64,000 bases of DNA. Origin: Gaiellaceae bacterium. Lineage in GTDB: Bacteria > Actinomycetota > Thermoleophilia > Gaiellales > Gaiellaceae. The first letter of the stretch is position 1. Every line of letters starts with the position of its first letter. Below the pieces are notes generated by a model that was not told the origin of the DNA, ran no database searches, and was given only the letters and a program-made list of their open reading frames with translations. The stretch lies in the NCBI GenBank assembly GCA_021323315.1, contig JAJTCQ010000002.1, positions 15,691-79,690 on the forward strand, given 5' to 3'. Shown one piece after another: positions 8,857 through 19,013 of this stretch. The position numbers were made by a program, and so were the translations under genes.

Positions 8857-9993
8857 GTGCCCACGCTCGGAGCGATCGCACGCGCGTGGGGACGAATCGG
8901 GATCGTCGGGTTCGGCGGCCCGCCGGCGCACATCGCGCTCCTCCGGGAGCTCGTGGTCGATCGCCGGCGGTGGATGCGACCCGAGCAGTTCGAGGACGGG
9001 CTCGCCGCCGTCAACCTCCTCCCCGGCCCGGCCTCGACCCAGCTGGCGATCTACACGGCGTGGCGAACCGGCGGGCCTGCTGCGGCCGTCGTCGGAGGCC
9101 TCGCCTTCATCGTCCCGGGTCTCGTCCTGATCGTCGCGCTGGCGGCGCTGTTTCTCGGCTCGCCGCCGGACTGGATCCGCGGCGCCGGAGCGGGTGCCGG
9201 AGCTGCGGTGGCCGCCGTCGCCGTCCACGCAGGCATCCTGCTCCTCCGGCCGGCATGGGCTCGCGTCGCGCCGGCAATCCGCTGGAGGTTCATCGCGTAC
9301 GCGCTGCTGGGCGCCGCCTCGGCGGCGACGCTCGGACCCTGGCTCGTTGCCGTACTCGTCGCGTGCGGGGTCGCCGAGCTCGGCTGGCGAAGGCTTGCCG
9401 GCGGCGGGCTCTCGATCTCCCCCTTCGCAGCGATCGCCGTCGTGGCGACGAGCGGTGGCACGATCGCCTCGCTCGCGTGGGTGGCGTTCAAGGTCGGCGC
9501 GCTCTCGTACGGCGGCGGCTTCGTGATCATCCCGCTCATGCAGGCGGACGCCGTCGAGCGCTACGGGTGGATGAGCGACGCGGAGTTCCTGAATGCGGTG
9601 GCTCTCGGGCAGGTGACGCCCGGGCCGGTCACGCACACAGTGGCGGTCGTCGGCTACGCCGCCGCGGGAGTACCGGGCGCGCTGCTCGCCGCCGCCGTCG
9701 CCTTCGCCCCGTCGTTCGCGTTCTTCCTCGTGGGTGCGCAGCGGTTCGACCGCTTCGTCGCGAACCGGGACGTGCGCGGGTTCTTCGACGGCGCCGGCCC
9801 GGCCGCGATCGGCGCGATCCTCGGCTCCGCGCTTCCGCTGGCGCTGGCTCTGCAGGAACGCTGGCAGTGGGCGGTGCTGGCCGGGGCCGCCGTCGCGCTG
9901 CTCGCGCTGCGGCGCGGGGTCGTCCTCACATTGCTGGCCGCGGGCGTCGTCGGCGCGGTCGCCGTGGTGCTCGGCGCTCCGCTCGACGGCTAG
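8857..9993 (+). CDS. chrA: chromate efflux transporter (CHR family)
   Basis: 378 aa. Two CHR repeats, each with the FGGPxAHIALL / YGGGFVIIPLM signature. Confidence 0.9.
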   Translation: MPTLGAIARAWGRIGIVGFGGPPAHIALLRELVVDRRRWMRPEQFEDGLAAVNLLPGPASTQLAIYTAWRTGGPAAAVVGGLAFIVPGLVLIVALAALFLGSPPDWIRGAGAGAGAAVAAVAVHAGILLLRPAWARVAPAIRWRFIAYALLGAASAATLGPWLVAVLVACGVAELGWRRLAGGGLSISPFAAIAVVATSGGTIASLAWVAFKVGALSYGGGFVIIPLMQADAVERYGWMSDAEFLNAVALGQVTPGPVTHTVAVVGYAAAGVPGALLAAAVAFAPSFAFFLVGAQRFDRFVANRDVRGFFDGAGPAAIGAILGSALPLALALQERWQWAVLAGAAVALLALRRGVVLTLLAAGVVGAVAVVLGAPLDG

Positions 9994-10016
9994 CTGCGAT
10001 GGCTGCTGCTCGCAGC
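9993..10016. terminator. weak stem-loop between convergent genes
   Basis: GCTGCGA-N10-TCGCAGC, immediately after the chrA stop. Confidence 0.25.
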
Positions 10017-10044
10017 CGCGCCGCCGCACCGCCGCTGGACCGAG

Positions 10045-11121
10045 CTACGCGGCGTCGAGCGCCGCGCGCGCGGCGTCGACCTGCTCGCGACGGGCCTTGG
10101 TGAGCTCCTGGATGAAGATCTGGATCGTCGCGGCGAGCGGAACCGCCGTGAGGGCCCCGAGCACGCCGAGGAGCGCACCGAAGAGCGTCACGGCGACGAT
10201 GATGAAGAAGGCCGAGAGCTGGACCGCCTTCCCCTGGATCTTCGGCGTGAGGATGTTGTTCTCGAGCTGCTGGTAGGCGAGGACGACGAGAAGCATGATG
10301 ATCGCGGCCGTGAGCCCCTCCTCCGCCCAGAGCGTGGGCACGAGGACGAACCCGGCGATGGTCGCGCCGATGTTCGGGATCATGTCGAGAAGCCCCGCGA
10401 TCACGCCGAGGGCAATGGCGTAGCTCGATCCGAGCAGCCACGCGGTCGTCCCCTGGATCGTCCCGGCGATCGTCGCGATGACGATGACGCCGATCGCCCA
10501 GCGCGAGATCGTCTCCGTCACTCGCTCCCAGACATTCAGCCAGCGGGCGTCGTCGCCGGGCATGAGCACGCTGGTGAGCGAGCGCTGTAGGTTCCCGACG
10601 TCGGTCAGGAGGAACAGGCAGATGAAGAGGATCGTGAACCCGGCGAGGAAGACCGTGAAGAAGTCGCCCGCGATGCCGAGCACCGCGGAGATCGCATCGG
10701 GGACCGAGAGCGAGATCTCCTCCGCGCCGTTCTGCACGTTCCCGGCAGCTCCCGAGTCGCCGAGCCACGAGGAGAGCTCGTCGGACGCACGCAGGCCCTC
10801 GACGAGCTCCGGCAGATCCTGGAGGAAGTCGCGCACGCTGCTGACGAGGGGAACGAGGAGGAGCAGCATCAGTGCGACCACGGCGAGCGCCGTGCCGAGC
10901 ACGGTGACGGTCGCCGCAAGCCCGCGCGACATGCGCGTCTTCTCCATCACGAACCGAACCGGATACTCGAAGACGAACGCGAGAAAGATCCCGATGAACA
11001 CGACGAGGAACGTGCCTCCGATCGCGGCGAACGCGACCATGAGCCCGATCGCGATCGCGAGGAGCACGATCGTCCGCACCGGCAGGAGGATCTCGACGCG
11101 CTTCGATCCGCTCGATTCCAC
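10045..11121 (-). CDS. AI-2E family (PerM/UPF0118) transporter
   Basis: 358 aa, multi-TM. The C-terminal LGALTAVPLAATIQIFIQE is typical of the family. Confidence 0.85.
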   Translation of the reverse strand: MESSGSKRVEILLPVRTIVLLAIAIGLMVAFAAIGGTFLVVFIGIFLAFVFEYPVRFVMEKTRMSRGLAATVTVLGTALAVVALMLLLLVPLVSSVRDFLQDLPELVEGLRASDELSSWLGDSGAAGNVQNGAEEISLSVPDAISAVLGIAGDFFTVFLAGFTILFICLFLLTDVGNLQRSLTSVLMPGDDARWLNVWERVTETISRWAIGVIVIATIAGTIQGTTAWLLGSSYAIALGVIAGLLDMIPNIGATIAGFVLVPTLWAEEGLTAAIIMLLVVLAYQQLENNILTPKIQGKAVQLSAFFIIVAVTLFGALLGVLGALTAVPLAATIQIFIQELTKARREQVDAARAALDAA

Positions 11122-11274
11122 GCGGCAACTCTAGGAAGCGGGCCGGTCGACCACCTTGCCCCGCAGGTGGGGAACGCCGAGCGCGTGTCCCCATCGCGAC
11201 AATCCCCGGAGCCGGCCGCCTCGCGGCCGGGTCGCGGCGAGACTCAGTCGAGACTCCGCGACTATCGTGGAGTT

Positions 11275-11622
11275 GTGGTGGATTGGGACACGGTGAGGCA
11301 GATCGCGCTGTCGTTCCCCGAGGTCGAGGAGTCCGGAGACGGTCGCACTGCGTTCCGCGTGCGCGGGAAGCTCTTCGCGTGGGCCGCGCGGGAGCGCGAC
11401 GGCGGAGGACTCGGCGTCCGGGTCGATCGCGAGGAGAAGCAGCTGATCCTGGACTCGAATCCCGACGTCTACTTCTCGAGCCCGCACTACGACGGCTGGC
11501 CGGGCGTGCAGATCCGCCTCGAGGCCATCGACCCGGACGAGCTGCGGATGCGACTGGAGGATGCATGGCTCATCCAGGCGCCGAAGAAGCTGGCGACCAC
11601 CTACGCCACCCAGACCGACTGA
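11275..11622 (+). CDS. MmcQ/YjbR-family protein
   Basis: GTG 11275 chosen as start. Product: VVDWDTVRQIALSFPEVEE...FRVRGKLFAW...SPHYDGWPGVQIRL..., about 115 aa. Confidence 0.7.
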   Translation: MVDWDTVRQIALSFPEVEESGDGRTAFRVRGKLFAWAARERDGGGLGVRVDREEKQLILDSNPDVYFSSPHYDGWPGVQIRLEAIDPDELRMRLEDAWLIQAPKKLATTYATQTD

Positions 11623-11632
11623 TGCACGACCG

Positions 11633-11821
11633 GTCCAGAAGGAGCTGCTCCTCGAATCGGACGACGCCTCTCTCCAGACGCCGCACTACGACGGCCATCC
11701 GATCGTCCTGATCCGGCTCGAGCGCATCTCGCGCGAGCAGCTCGAGGAGCGGCTCGCGGACGCACGGCGCCTGCGGGCGCCGAAGCGCCTTGCGGACGCG
11801 TACGTCTCCGGCCGTGGTTAG
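11633..11821 (+). pseudogene. start-less C-terminal fragment paralogous to the upstream YjbR-like gene
   Basis: VQKELLLESDDASLQTPHYDGHPIVLIRLERISREQLEERLADARRLRAPKRLADAY aligns with residues EKQLILDSNPDVYFSSPHYDGWPGVQIRLEAIDPDELRMRLEDAWLIQAPKKLATTY of the neighbouring gene. The N-terminal half is missing and there is no canonical start. Confidence 0.45.
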
Positions 11822-13341
11822 ACCGCGTCCGCGACGAAGGCCGCGATCGCCGCCGTGAACGCGTGCCGGCTGGCCTCCCACGCGTAGAACATGTGCCCGC
11901 CGCCGAAGTGCTGCACGGTGAGCCGGTCCTCCATCTGCGGGTCGAGGCGCATGAGGTTCCGGAGGCGGTTGCTCGCGTAGTAGGGCGTCACGAGGTCGTA
12001 TTGCCCGTGCGTGATGAAAGCCCTCATGTGCGGGTTCAACGCCATGCCGTACCTGAAGTCGTCGGTCGCGCCGGGCGGCGCAGCGAACGCGTGCTGCTCG
12101 GAGTCGTTCTTCCAGGCCGTGTTGACCTCGTAGGAGAGGAGCGTGTATTCGCGATCCGTCTCGACGCCGATCTCCGCGCGCAGCATCCGGTTCACGCCCA
12201 TCGTGTACGCGGGCGTGATCCCGGACAACGTCGGATCCGGCCACGAGAACTCGTCACGGTCGGGGAAGGGATCGGTGGCCGTGATCGTCGAGTCGTAGAG
12301 ACCGAGGATCTTCCGCTGGTCGCGCAGGAGTTCGCGGACGAAGGTCAGGATCCCGACGCGGCCCTCGGCGCGCACGACGAGCTCTTCCGGGAGGCCGACG
12401 AGGTCAGCGAGGCGCGAGAGGATCCGAGCACGCTCCTTCGCGGGCATCGACGCGCCGCGCGTGAGGAACGCCGTGTAGTCGCCCGTCGCGAACTCCTCCG
12501 CGTCGCGGAAGACCTTGTCGAGGGACGCGCCCTTGCGAAACGCGCGCGAACGGCCGTGGTGGAACGCCGCCGCCGCCATCGTCGGCACGCGATCGATCCA
12601 GCCGAGCACGTCGTAGTCGGTCGGGTTGAGCGGAGTGATCTCGAGGGCCGGTGAGATGAGAATCGCGCCGTTCAGGCCGATGCCCGCCGTCTCCTGGAGC
12701 ATCCGCGCGAGGCGTCCGACGCGGTAGCCGCCGTAGCTCTCGCCCGCGATGAAGACGGGCGAGCCCCAGCGGCCCTGCTCCGAGAGCCAGCGTCCCATGA
12801 ACTCGCACATCGACTCGAGGTCGCGCTTGTAGCCGAAGTACTCCTTGGGATCGGGCGCGTCGTCCGGCTTTCCATTCGCGCTCCCGCCTCCGCCTTGCTT
12901 GCCGTCACCCTTCTTCTCGGGCTCGATCACCCGGCTCCACCCGGTTCCGACCGGGTCGACGAACACGAGGTCGGTGAACGCGAGCCACGACGACTCGTTC
13001 TCGACGAGCTTTGCGGGGACAGCCGGGAGCGTCCCGTCGGACGGGAAGGCGACGCGCTGCGGACCGACGGCGCCCATGTGCAGGTACGCCGAGGACGCGC
13101 CTGGACCGCCGTTGAAGACGAACGTCACGGGCCGCGCGCCGTCGTCACCGGCGGCGACGTAGGAGACCGAGAAGATCTCCGCCGCAGGCTTCTCCTTCTT
13201 GCGGAGGACCGTCCACTTCCCCGTCGCGCTGTACGAGATCGCCTTGCGCCCGCGGCCCCACGACGCGGTCGTCTCGGCGCCCTTCGGCGGCTGGTGATCC
13301 TTCTTGGTCTCGTCCTCGTGGTTCTTGGTGTCGTCGGTCAT
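11818..13341 (-). CDS. S10-family serine carboxypeptidase
   Basis: 507 aa. Motifs FNGGPGASS and the catalytic GESYGG. Confidence 0.85.
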   Translation of the reverse strand: MTDDTKNHEDETKKDHQPPKGAETTASWGRGRKAISYSATGKWTVLRKKEKPAAEIFSVSYVAAGDDGARPVTFVFNGGPGASSAYLHMGAVGPQRVAFPSDGTLPAVPAKLVENESSWLAFTDLVFVDPVGTGWSRVIEPEKKGDGKQGGGGSANGKPDDAPDPKEYFGYKRDLESMCEFMGRWLSEQGRWGSPVFIAGESYGGYRVGRLARMLQETAGIGLNGAILISPALEITPLNPTDYDVLGWIDRVPTMAAAAFHHGRSRAFRKGASLDKVFRDAEEFATGDYTAFLTRGASMPAKERARILSRLADLVGLPEELVVRAEGRVGILTFVRELLRDQRKILGLYDSTITATDPFPDRDEFSWPDPTLSGITPAYTMGVNRMLRAEIGVETDREYTLLSYEVNTAWKNDSEQHAFAAPPGATDDFRYGMALNPHMRAFITHGQYDLVTPYYASNRLRNLMRLDPQMEDRLTVQHFGGGHMFYAWEASRHAFTAAIAAFVADAV

Positions 13342-13410
13342 GGGCGCGCAGGCTACCCGTTGGCGAACGCCCCGCCCCGCAGGCTGCGAGATGTAAGAGT
13401 GCTAGGGATC

Positions 13411-14814
13411 ATGGAGAGCGGCGACCATCCGTCGTACCCGCTGCGGCTCGAGGGAGAGCTCCAGCCCGACCTGAGCCGCTGGCTGTGGGTCGTGAAGTGG
13501 CTGCTCGCGATCCCGCACTACGTCGTGCTCGCGTTCCTCTGGCTCACCTTGCTCGTGCTCACGATCGTCGCCTTCTTCGCGATCCTGTTCACGGGCCGCT
13601 ACCCGCGCGGCATCTTCGACTTCAACCTGGGCGTGCTCCGCTGGACGTGGCGCGTCGCGTTCTACTCATACGGGGCGCTCGGGACCGACCGGTACCCGCC
13701 GTTCACGCTCGACGACGTCCCCGATTACCCGGCACGCCTGCACGTCGATTACCCGGAGCGACTCTCGCGCGGTCTCGTCCTCGTGAAGTGGTGGCTGTTC
13801 GCGATCCCTCAGTACATCCTCGTCGGGATCTTCCTCGGCAGCTCCGGCTACGCGGCCTCGCGAGCAGACGCGTGGGGCTGGTGGTTCCAGGGCGGACTCG
13901 TGGCCGTGCTGGTGATCTTCGCAGGGCTGGCGCTCTTGTTTGCGGGCCGCTATCCGAGAGGGATCTTCGACTTCGTCGTCGGGCTCGACCGCTGGGTCGC
14001 CCGCGTCGCCGCCTACGTCTTCCTCATGCGCGACGAGTACCCGCCGTTCCGGCTCGACCAGGGTGGCCACGACCCCGTGTCGAGGCCGGCGGAAATGGCG
14101 GCGCTCGCTCAGCCGCCCGCCGTTGCGGCCGCGGACGTAGAGCCTTCTGCAACGCGCTCGACCGCAGGCCGTATCGCGCTGATCGTTGTGGGCGTCCTCG
14201 CGGGGATCGTCGCGTTCGCGCTGCTGGTGGGTGGGTGTGCTCTCGTCGCGGTCGACCGGACACAGCGCGATGACGACGGCTTCCTCATGTCGCCGACCCG
14301 GGACTTCGCGTCGCCCACGTACGCGATCGTCTCCGAGAGCGCGGACATCGACGCGGACGGGGGCGAGTGGGCACTCGACACGTTCCTCGGCACGATCCGC
14401 ATCCGCAGCGAGAGCGAGCGTCCCGTGTTCGTGGGCATCGCGCCCGCGGCCGACGTCGACCGGTACCTCGAGGGCGTCGAGCACGACGCCGTCGACGACT
14501 TCGACTCGAGCGGAGATCCCGAGTACTCGCGCCGCTCGGGAGCTGAGCCCTCATCTCCTCCCGGCACCCAGACCTTCTGGGCCGCGTCCGCCTCGGGGCT
14601 CGGCGAGCGAGTCCTCGAGTGGGAGCCCGAGGACGGCTTCTGGCGCGCGGTCGTCATGAACGAGGACGGGTCGCGAGGCGTGTCCGCGGACCTCAGCATC
14701 GGGGCCGAGCTCGACTCGGTCCTGTGGATCGGCATCGGCATGCTCGTGGTGGGCGCGCTCCTCGCGGCGGGAGCGGCGCTCGCGATCACCGCGGCGCGCG
14801 GCCGCCACGCCTGA
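13411..14814 (+). CDS. DUF4389 (tandem) membrane protein with C-terminal extracytoplasmic domain
   Basis: ATG 13411. Two repeats of ...[12 protein letters not shown]...[16 protein letters not shown]...DRYPPF. A further TM helix and about 200 aa follow. Confidence 0.75.
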   Translation: MESGDHPSYPLRLEGELQPDLSRWLWVVKWLLAIPHYVVLAFLWLTLLVLTIVAFFAILFTGRYPRGIFDFNLGVLRWTWRVAFYSYGALGTDRYPPFTLDDVPDYPARLHVDYPERLSRGLVLVKWWLFAIPQYILVGIFLGSSGYAASRADAWGWWFQGGLVAVLVIFAGLALLFAGRYPRGIFDFVVGLDRWVARVAAYVFLMRDEYPPFRLDQGGHDPVSRPAEMAALAQPPAVAAADVEPSATRSTAGRIALIVVGVLAGIVAFALLVGGCALVAVDRTQRDDDGFLMSPTRDFASPTYAIVSESADIDADGGEWALDTFLGTIRIRSESERPVFVGIAPAADVDRYLEGVEHDAVDDFDSSGDPEYSRRSGAEPSSPPGTQTFWAASASGLGERVLEWEPEDGFWRAVVMNEDGSRGVSADLSIGAELDSVLWIGIGMLVVGALLAAGAALAITAARGRHA

Positions 14815-14843
14815 ATCGCCCCGCGCCGGGTACAACCCATTCC

Positions 14844-15845
14844 TTGGAGATCGGCGTCTTCACATTTGCGGACGTCCGCGAGGGCGAGAGCGCCGGAGAG
14901 CGGCTGCGCGAGGTCGTCGAGGAGGCCGAGCTCGCCGACGAGGTGGGGCTCGACGTGTTCGGCGTCGGCGAGCACCACCGGCCCGAGTACGCCGTCTCGG
15001 CCCCGGCCGTCGTGCTCGCAGCGGTCGGAGCGCGGACCAAGCGGACACGCCTGACCAGCGCCGTGACCGTCCTGAGCTCGGCCGTGCCGATCCGCCTGTA
15101 CCAGCAGTTCGCGACGCTCGATCTCCTGTCGGGCGGCCGCGCGGAGATGATGGTCGGGCGCGGCTCGTTCATCGAGTCGTTCCCGCTCTTCGGCTTCGAC
15201 CTCCGCGACTACGACACGCTGTTCGAGGAGAAGCTGCTGGAGCTCCTCCGGATCCACGAGACGGGGGAGTCACTGGTCGGGCACGGCGTGTATCCGCGTC
15301 CCGAGGAGCCGATCCCGATCTGGGTGGCCGTCGGCGGCACGCCCGAGTCGGCGGTGCGTACCGGGGTGCTCGGTCTCCCGATGGCTCTCGCGATCATCGG
15401 CGGGCAGCCGGAGCGATTCCGCCCGTTCGCGGACTTGCATCGGCGCGGCGCCGCGGAAGCAGGGCGCGCGCGGCCGCGGCTCAGCATCAACTCGCACGGC
15501 TACATCGCGCAGACGCGAGAGCAGGCGATCGAGGAGTCGTTCCCGTACGTCTCGGAGGCGATGAACCGGATCGGCCAGGAGCGCGGCTGGCCCCCGACGA
15601 CCCGTGCCGACTACGAGGCGGCCGCAGGGCCACGGGGCGCGAACTTCGTCGGGACGCCCGCCCAGGTGGTCGACAAGATCCTCTACCAGCACGGGATCTT
15701 CGGGCACGACCGGTTTCTCCTTCAGCTCGGCGTGGGCGGCGTACCGCACGAGGGCGTCCTGCGCTCGATCGAGCTTTTCGGCCGCGAGGTCGTTCCGGCG
15801 GTTCGCGAAAAGCTCGCAAACCGCACGCTCCAGTCGTCACAATGA
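14844..15845 (+). CDS. LLM-class flavin-dependent oxidoreductase
   Basis: TTG 14844 gives (M)EIGVFTFAD... Motif [11 protein letters not shown]. The upstream part of the listed ORF overlaps the previous gene. Confidence 0.8.
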   Translation: MEIGVFTFADVREGESAGERLREVVEEAELADEVGLDVFGVGEHHRPEYAVSAPAVVLAAVGARTKRTRLTSAVTVLSSAVPIRLYQQFATLDLLSGGRAEMMVGRGSFIESFPLFGFDLRDYDTLFEEKLLELLRIHETGESLVGHGVYPRPEEPIPIWVAVGGTPESAVRTGVLGLPMALAIIGGQPERFRPFADLHRRGAAEAGRARPRLSINSHGYIAQTREQAIEESFPYVSEAMNRIGQERGWPPTTRADYEAAAGPRGANFVGTPAQVVDKILYQHGIFGHDRFLLQLGVGGVPHEGVLRSIELFGREVVPAVREKLANRTLQSSQ

Positions 15846-15852
15846 GACGCCT

Positions 15853-17787
15853 GTGAGCCAGGTGATCGATTCCCTCGACGAGGCCCGCGCCGCCGCGGGG
15901 CGACAGGCGTGGCGCGCCGCGTACGCCGCGTTCGGCGAGGTCGACGCGTCGGAGCTTGCGGCGGCCGACCTCGAGAGCTACGGCGAGGCCGCCTGGTGGA
16001 GCGGAAAGGTCGACGAGGCGATCCGTCATCGCGAGAAGGCATTCGCCGGGTACACGTCAGAGGGCGACACGCGCGGGGCCGCGCGTCTCGCGATGACGCT
16101 CGCGTGGGACTACGAGGGCAAGGGTTCGTTTGCCGTCTCGAGTGGCTGGATGGGGACAGCCGAGCGCATCCTGGCCGACCACGAAGAGGTCCCGGAGCAC
16201 GCCCGCCTGCTCCTTCTCCACGCGATGGCGGCGATGTTCGCCGAGGGCGACCTGGAGCGCGCCGTCCAGCTCTTCGACGAGACGTACGCCCTGGCGAAGC
16301 GGGTCGGAAACCGCGACGGCCAGATGTTGGCGCTGTCGGGGAAGGGTCGCGCCTTCGTCAAGCTGGGTCGAATCGACGAAGGCCTGGCATTGCTCGACGA
16401 GGCGAGTGCGTCCGCGCTGTGCGGTGATCTCAGTGCCCACTCGGCGGGCCTCGTCTACTGCATCACCATCAGCTCGTGCCAGGACGTCGGCGACTATCGC
16501 CGAGCGGCGGAGTGGACCGAGGCGGCGAACCGGTGGTGCGACACGCTCGACGTCACGGGCTTCCCCGGCGCATGCCGGGTCCATCGCGCCGAGGCGATGC
16601 GCATGCGTGGCGACTGGCCGGCTGCCGAGGCGCAGGCCCTCGCGGCGTGCGAGGAACTGAAGGACTTCGACAAGGTGATTCCGGCTGCCGGCTACTACGA
16701 GATCGGAGAGATCAGACGGCGGCGCGGCGATCTGGCCGGCGCCGAGGAGGCGTACCGAATCTCGAACGAGCTCGGGCGCGAGCCGCAGCCAGGTCTCTCG
16801 CTCGTCCGCCTGGCCGAGGGGAAGGTCGACGCCGCCGTCGCCGGGATCACACGCTCGGTCCAGGAGGCGCAGGAGCCGCTCTTCCGCTTCCGCAGGCTCC
16901 CGGCACAGGTGGAGATCGCGATCGCGGCCGGAGACTTGAAGACGGCGAGAGCGGCCGCCGACGAGGCCGAGCAGATCGTCGATGCGTACAAGATCGGTGG
17001 TCGGAGAGCCGCCGCGTTCGAGGCAACGGTGCACTTCGCGCGCGGACAGATCCTGTATGCGGAGAGGGACTGGAACGGGGCCATCGCAGCGCTGAAGCGC
17101 GCCCGCGACGAGTGGCAGCGAGTCGGCGCGCCCTACGAGACGGCTCGTGTCCGTGCGCAGCTCGGGATGGCGTACCGCAGGAGCGGCGACGAGCACGGCG
17201 GGGTCGCCGAGCTCGAGGGCGCGCTCGCCACCTTCGAGCGACTCGGCGGGCTCCCGGAGGCGTCGCGCATCAAGGAGCACCTCGGTCGCGTCGAGACGCG
17301 CCGCACCTTCCTCTTTACTGACATCGTCGACTCGACGCGACTGCTCGAGACGCTCGGCGACGACAAGTGGAGACGCCTTCTCGCCCGGCACGACGACCTG
17401 ATCCGCGAGGCGATCGCAGACAACGGCGGCGAGGTCGTGAAGCAGACGGGGGACGGCTTCTTCGCCTCCTTCGAGAGCCCGAAGGCCGCGGTCGAGGCGG
17501 CAGTTGCGATCCAGCGCGCCCTCGCCAACGAGATCGTCGCGCCCGACGTGCGGATCGGCGCGCACTCGGGCGGCGCGTTTCGCACCGACTCGGAGTCGGG
17601 CGACTACGGCGGGCAGGGCGTCCACGTCGCTGCGCGCATCGGAGCGTCGGCGGGCGCGGGCGAGATCCTCGTGAGCGCCGCGAGCCTCGACGGCGTCAGC
17701 ACGGCCTTCCGACTGTCCGCGCCACGTCAGGAGTCGCTGAAGGGCGTCGGCGCGCCGGTGGAGGTCGTCTCGATCGACTGGCGCTGA
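15853..17787 (+). CDS. TPR-like repeat protein with C-terminal class III adenylate/guanylate cyclase domain
   Basis: GTG 15853. About 460 aa of helical repeats. Cyclase motifs follow: FLFTDIVDSTRL, VKQTGDGFFASF, RIGAHSG, GQGVHVAARI. Confidence 0.8.
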   Translation: MSQVIDSLDEARAAAGRQAWRAAYAAFGEVDASELAAADLESYGEAAWWSGKVDEAIRHREKAFAGYTSEGDTRGAARLAMTLAWDYEGKGSFAVSSGWMGTAERILADHEEVPEHARLLLLHAMAAMFAEGDLERAVQLFDETYALAKRVGNRDGQMLALSGKGRAFVKLGRIDEGLALLDEASASALCGDLSAHSAGLVYCITISSCQDVGDYRRAAEWTEAANRWCDTLDVTGFPGACRVHRAEAMRMRGDWPAAEAQALAACEELKDFDKVIPAAGYYEIGEIRRRRGDLAGAEEAYRISNELGREPQPGLSLVRLAEGKVDAAVAGITRSVQEAQEPLFRFRRLPAQVEIAIAAGDLKTARAAADEAEQIVDAYKIGGRRAAAFEATVHFARGQILYAERDWNGAIAALKRARDEWQRVGAPYETARVRAQLGMAYRRSGDEHGGVAELEGALATFERLGGLPEASRIKEHLGRVETRRTFLFTDIVDSTRLLETLGDDKWRRLLARHDDLIREAIADNGGEVVKQTGDGFFASFESPKAAVEAAVAIQRALANEIVAPDVRIGAHSGGAFRTDSESGDYGGQGVHVAARIGASAGAGEILVSAASLDGVSTAFRLSAPRQESLKGVGAPVEVVSIDWR

Positions 17788-17795
17788 GCGCCGGG

Positions 17796-18509
17796 TCAGC
17801 CGCAGGCAGCGACCGAGCGACCGAGATAGCGCATCGTCCCGCGGCAGAGGCCACGCGCGGCTCTCCGCTGATACGCGGTGGTGGCGAGAAGCCTGTCCTC
17901 CGTCGGGTTCGTCATGAACCCCATCTCGACGAGGATCACCGGTACGTTCGCCCAGTTGAAGCCCGTGAAGTCCGAGCGCTCCTGCAGGCCGCGATCCGGG
18001 AAGCCGAGCGCCGCGCGCAGTTCCCGTTGGACGATGCGCGCAGCGCGCTTGCTGTCCGGGTAGACGTCCTCGGTCCACCCGCGGCGCAACGCGGGGTGGA
18101 GCGTGTGTGTACCGCGGGCCGCGGGATCGGTCGAGCCGTCAGCGTGGATGCGGAGAAAGAGGTCCCCGCCCGCGCGATTCGCGATTCGGGCGCGAGCGAC
18201 GTTCCCCATGCTCGTGCCGGCGGTCCGAGTTCGCGTCATCACGACCCGCACGCCGGCGCGCTCGAGCAGCACGCGCAGCCGCAGCGCCACTTGCAGGTTG
18301 AGCTCGGCCTCGCGTAGTCCGCTCACGACGCCGGACGTGCCGCCTCCGTCCTTGATCTTCCGCTCCGACGAGCCGGGCCCGATGGGCTCGGTGTCGGTGT
18401 TGCCGCGTAGGTCGTGGCCGGGGTCGATGACGACGAGCGCCGCCTGCTTCCCCGCAGCTGCCGGAACGACGAGCAGCGAAGCGACGAGGGCGCCGAACGC
18501 GAGCCGCAT
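17796..18509 (-). CDS. N-acetylmuramoyl-L-alanine amidase (Amidase_3)
   Basis: Signal peptide. Motifs VVIDPGHD, LFLRIHADG, VILVEMGFMTN. Confidence 0.85.
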   Translation of the reverse strand: MRLAFGALVASLLVVPAAAGKQAALVVIDPGHDLRGNTDTEPIGPGSSERKIKDGGGTSGVVSGLREAELNLQVALRLRVLLERAGVRVVMTRTRTAGTSMGNVARARIANRAGGDLFLRIHADGSTDPAARGTHTLHPALRRGWTEDVYPDSKRAARIVQRELRAALGFPDRGLQERSDFTGFNWANVPVILVEMGFMTNPTEDRLLATTAYQRRAARGLCRGTMRYLGRSVAACG

Positions 18510-18511
18510 GT

Positions 18512-19003
18512 CTAAGTCGCGGACCGAGCGAGGAGCCCCAGCGCCGAGCGCGGCCCGATGGTCGCAGCGCGACGCGTGTCCGTCGCGTGCAGCTCGAGGG
18601 CGAAGCGGTACCGCCGGCCGGGGTCGTAGATCGGGCAGGGATCCTTACGGCACGGAAGCATCGACAGCTTGCGCACGCGCTTCCCGGCGGAGTCGAAGAA
18701 GACGATCGTGAGCGGGACGAGCGTGTTCTTCATCCAGAAGCCGCCACTCGTCGGGTCCGGAAAGACGAAGAGCATGCCGTCCCTCGGTGCTCGGGTTCGA
18801 TTCATCAGCCCAAGCGAGCGCTGCGCGGACGTCTTCGCGATCTCGGGCCTGAAGGTCACGCCGTCGAGGCGAAGCACGGCGGTCGCACGCTCCGTTGCGG
18901 TCGCTCCGCTCGCCACCACGGCGACACCGGCGAGCAGCAGGGCGACGACGAGGACACGGCCGCGGTTCACGGCGACAGGGTAGGAAAGCGCGCGACCAGG
19001 CAT
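18512..19003 (-). CDS. DUF192-domain protein
   Basis: 163 aa with an N-terminal TM or signal segment. Motifs GLMNRT...GMLFVF...FWMKNTLVPLTIVFFD. Confidence 0.8.
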   Translation of the reverse strand: MPGRALSYPVAVNRGRVLVVALLLAGVAVVASGATATERATAVLRLDGVTFRPEIAKTSAQRSLGLMNRTRAPRDGMLFVFPDPTSGGFWMKNTLVPLTIVFFDSAGKRVRKLSMLPCRKDPCPIYDPGRRYRFALELHATDTRRAATIGPRSALGLLARSAT

Positions 19004-19013
19004 CGCGCGAGCG

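Noticed and set aside
17611-17640. Asn-to-His substitution (GVHVAARI) in the cyclase transition-state motif as a sign of an inactive pseudo-cyclase.
   Set aside because: From memory, the VH(I/V)(A/G)AR variant is widespread in actinobacterial cyclase-domain proteins. I cannot call it inactivating without an alignment or assay.
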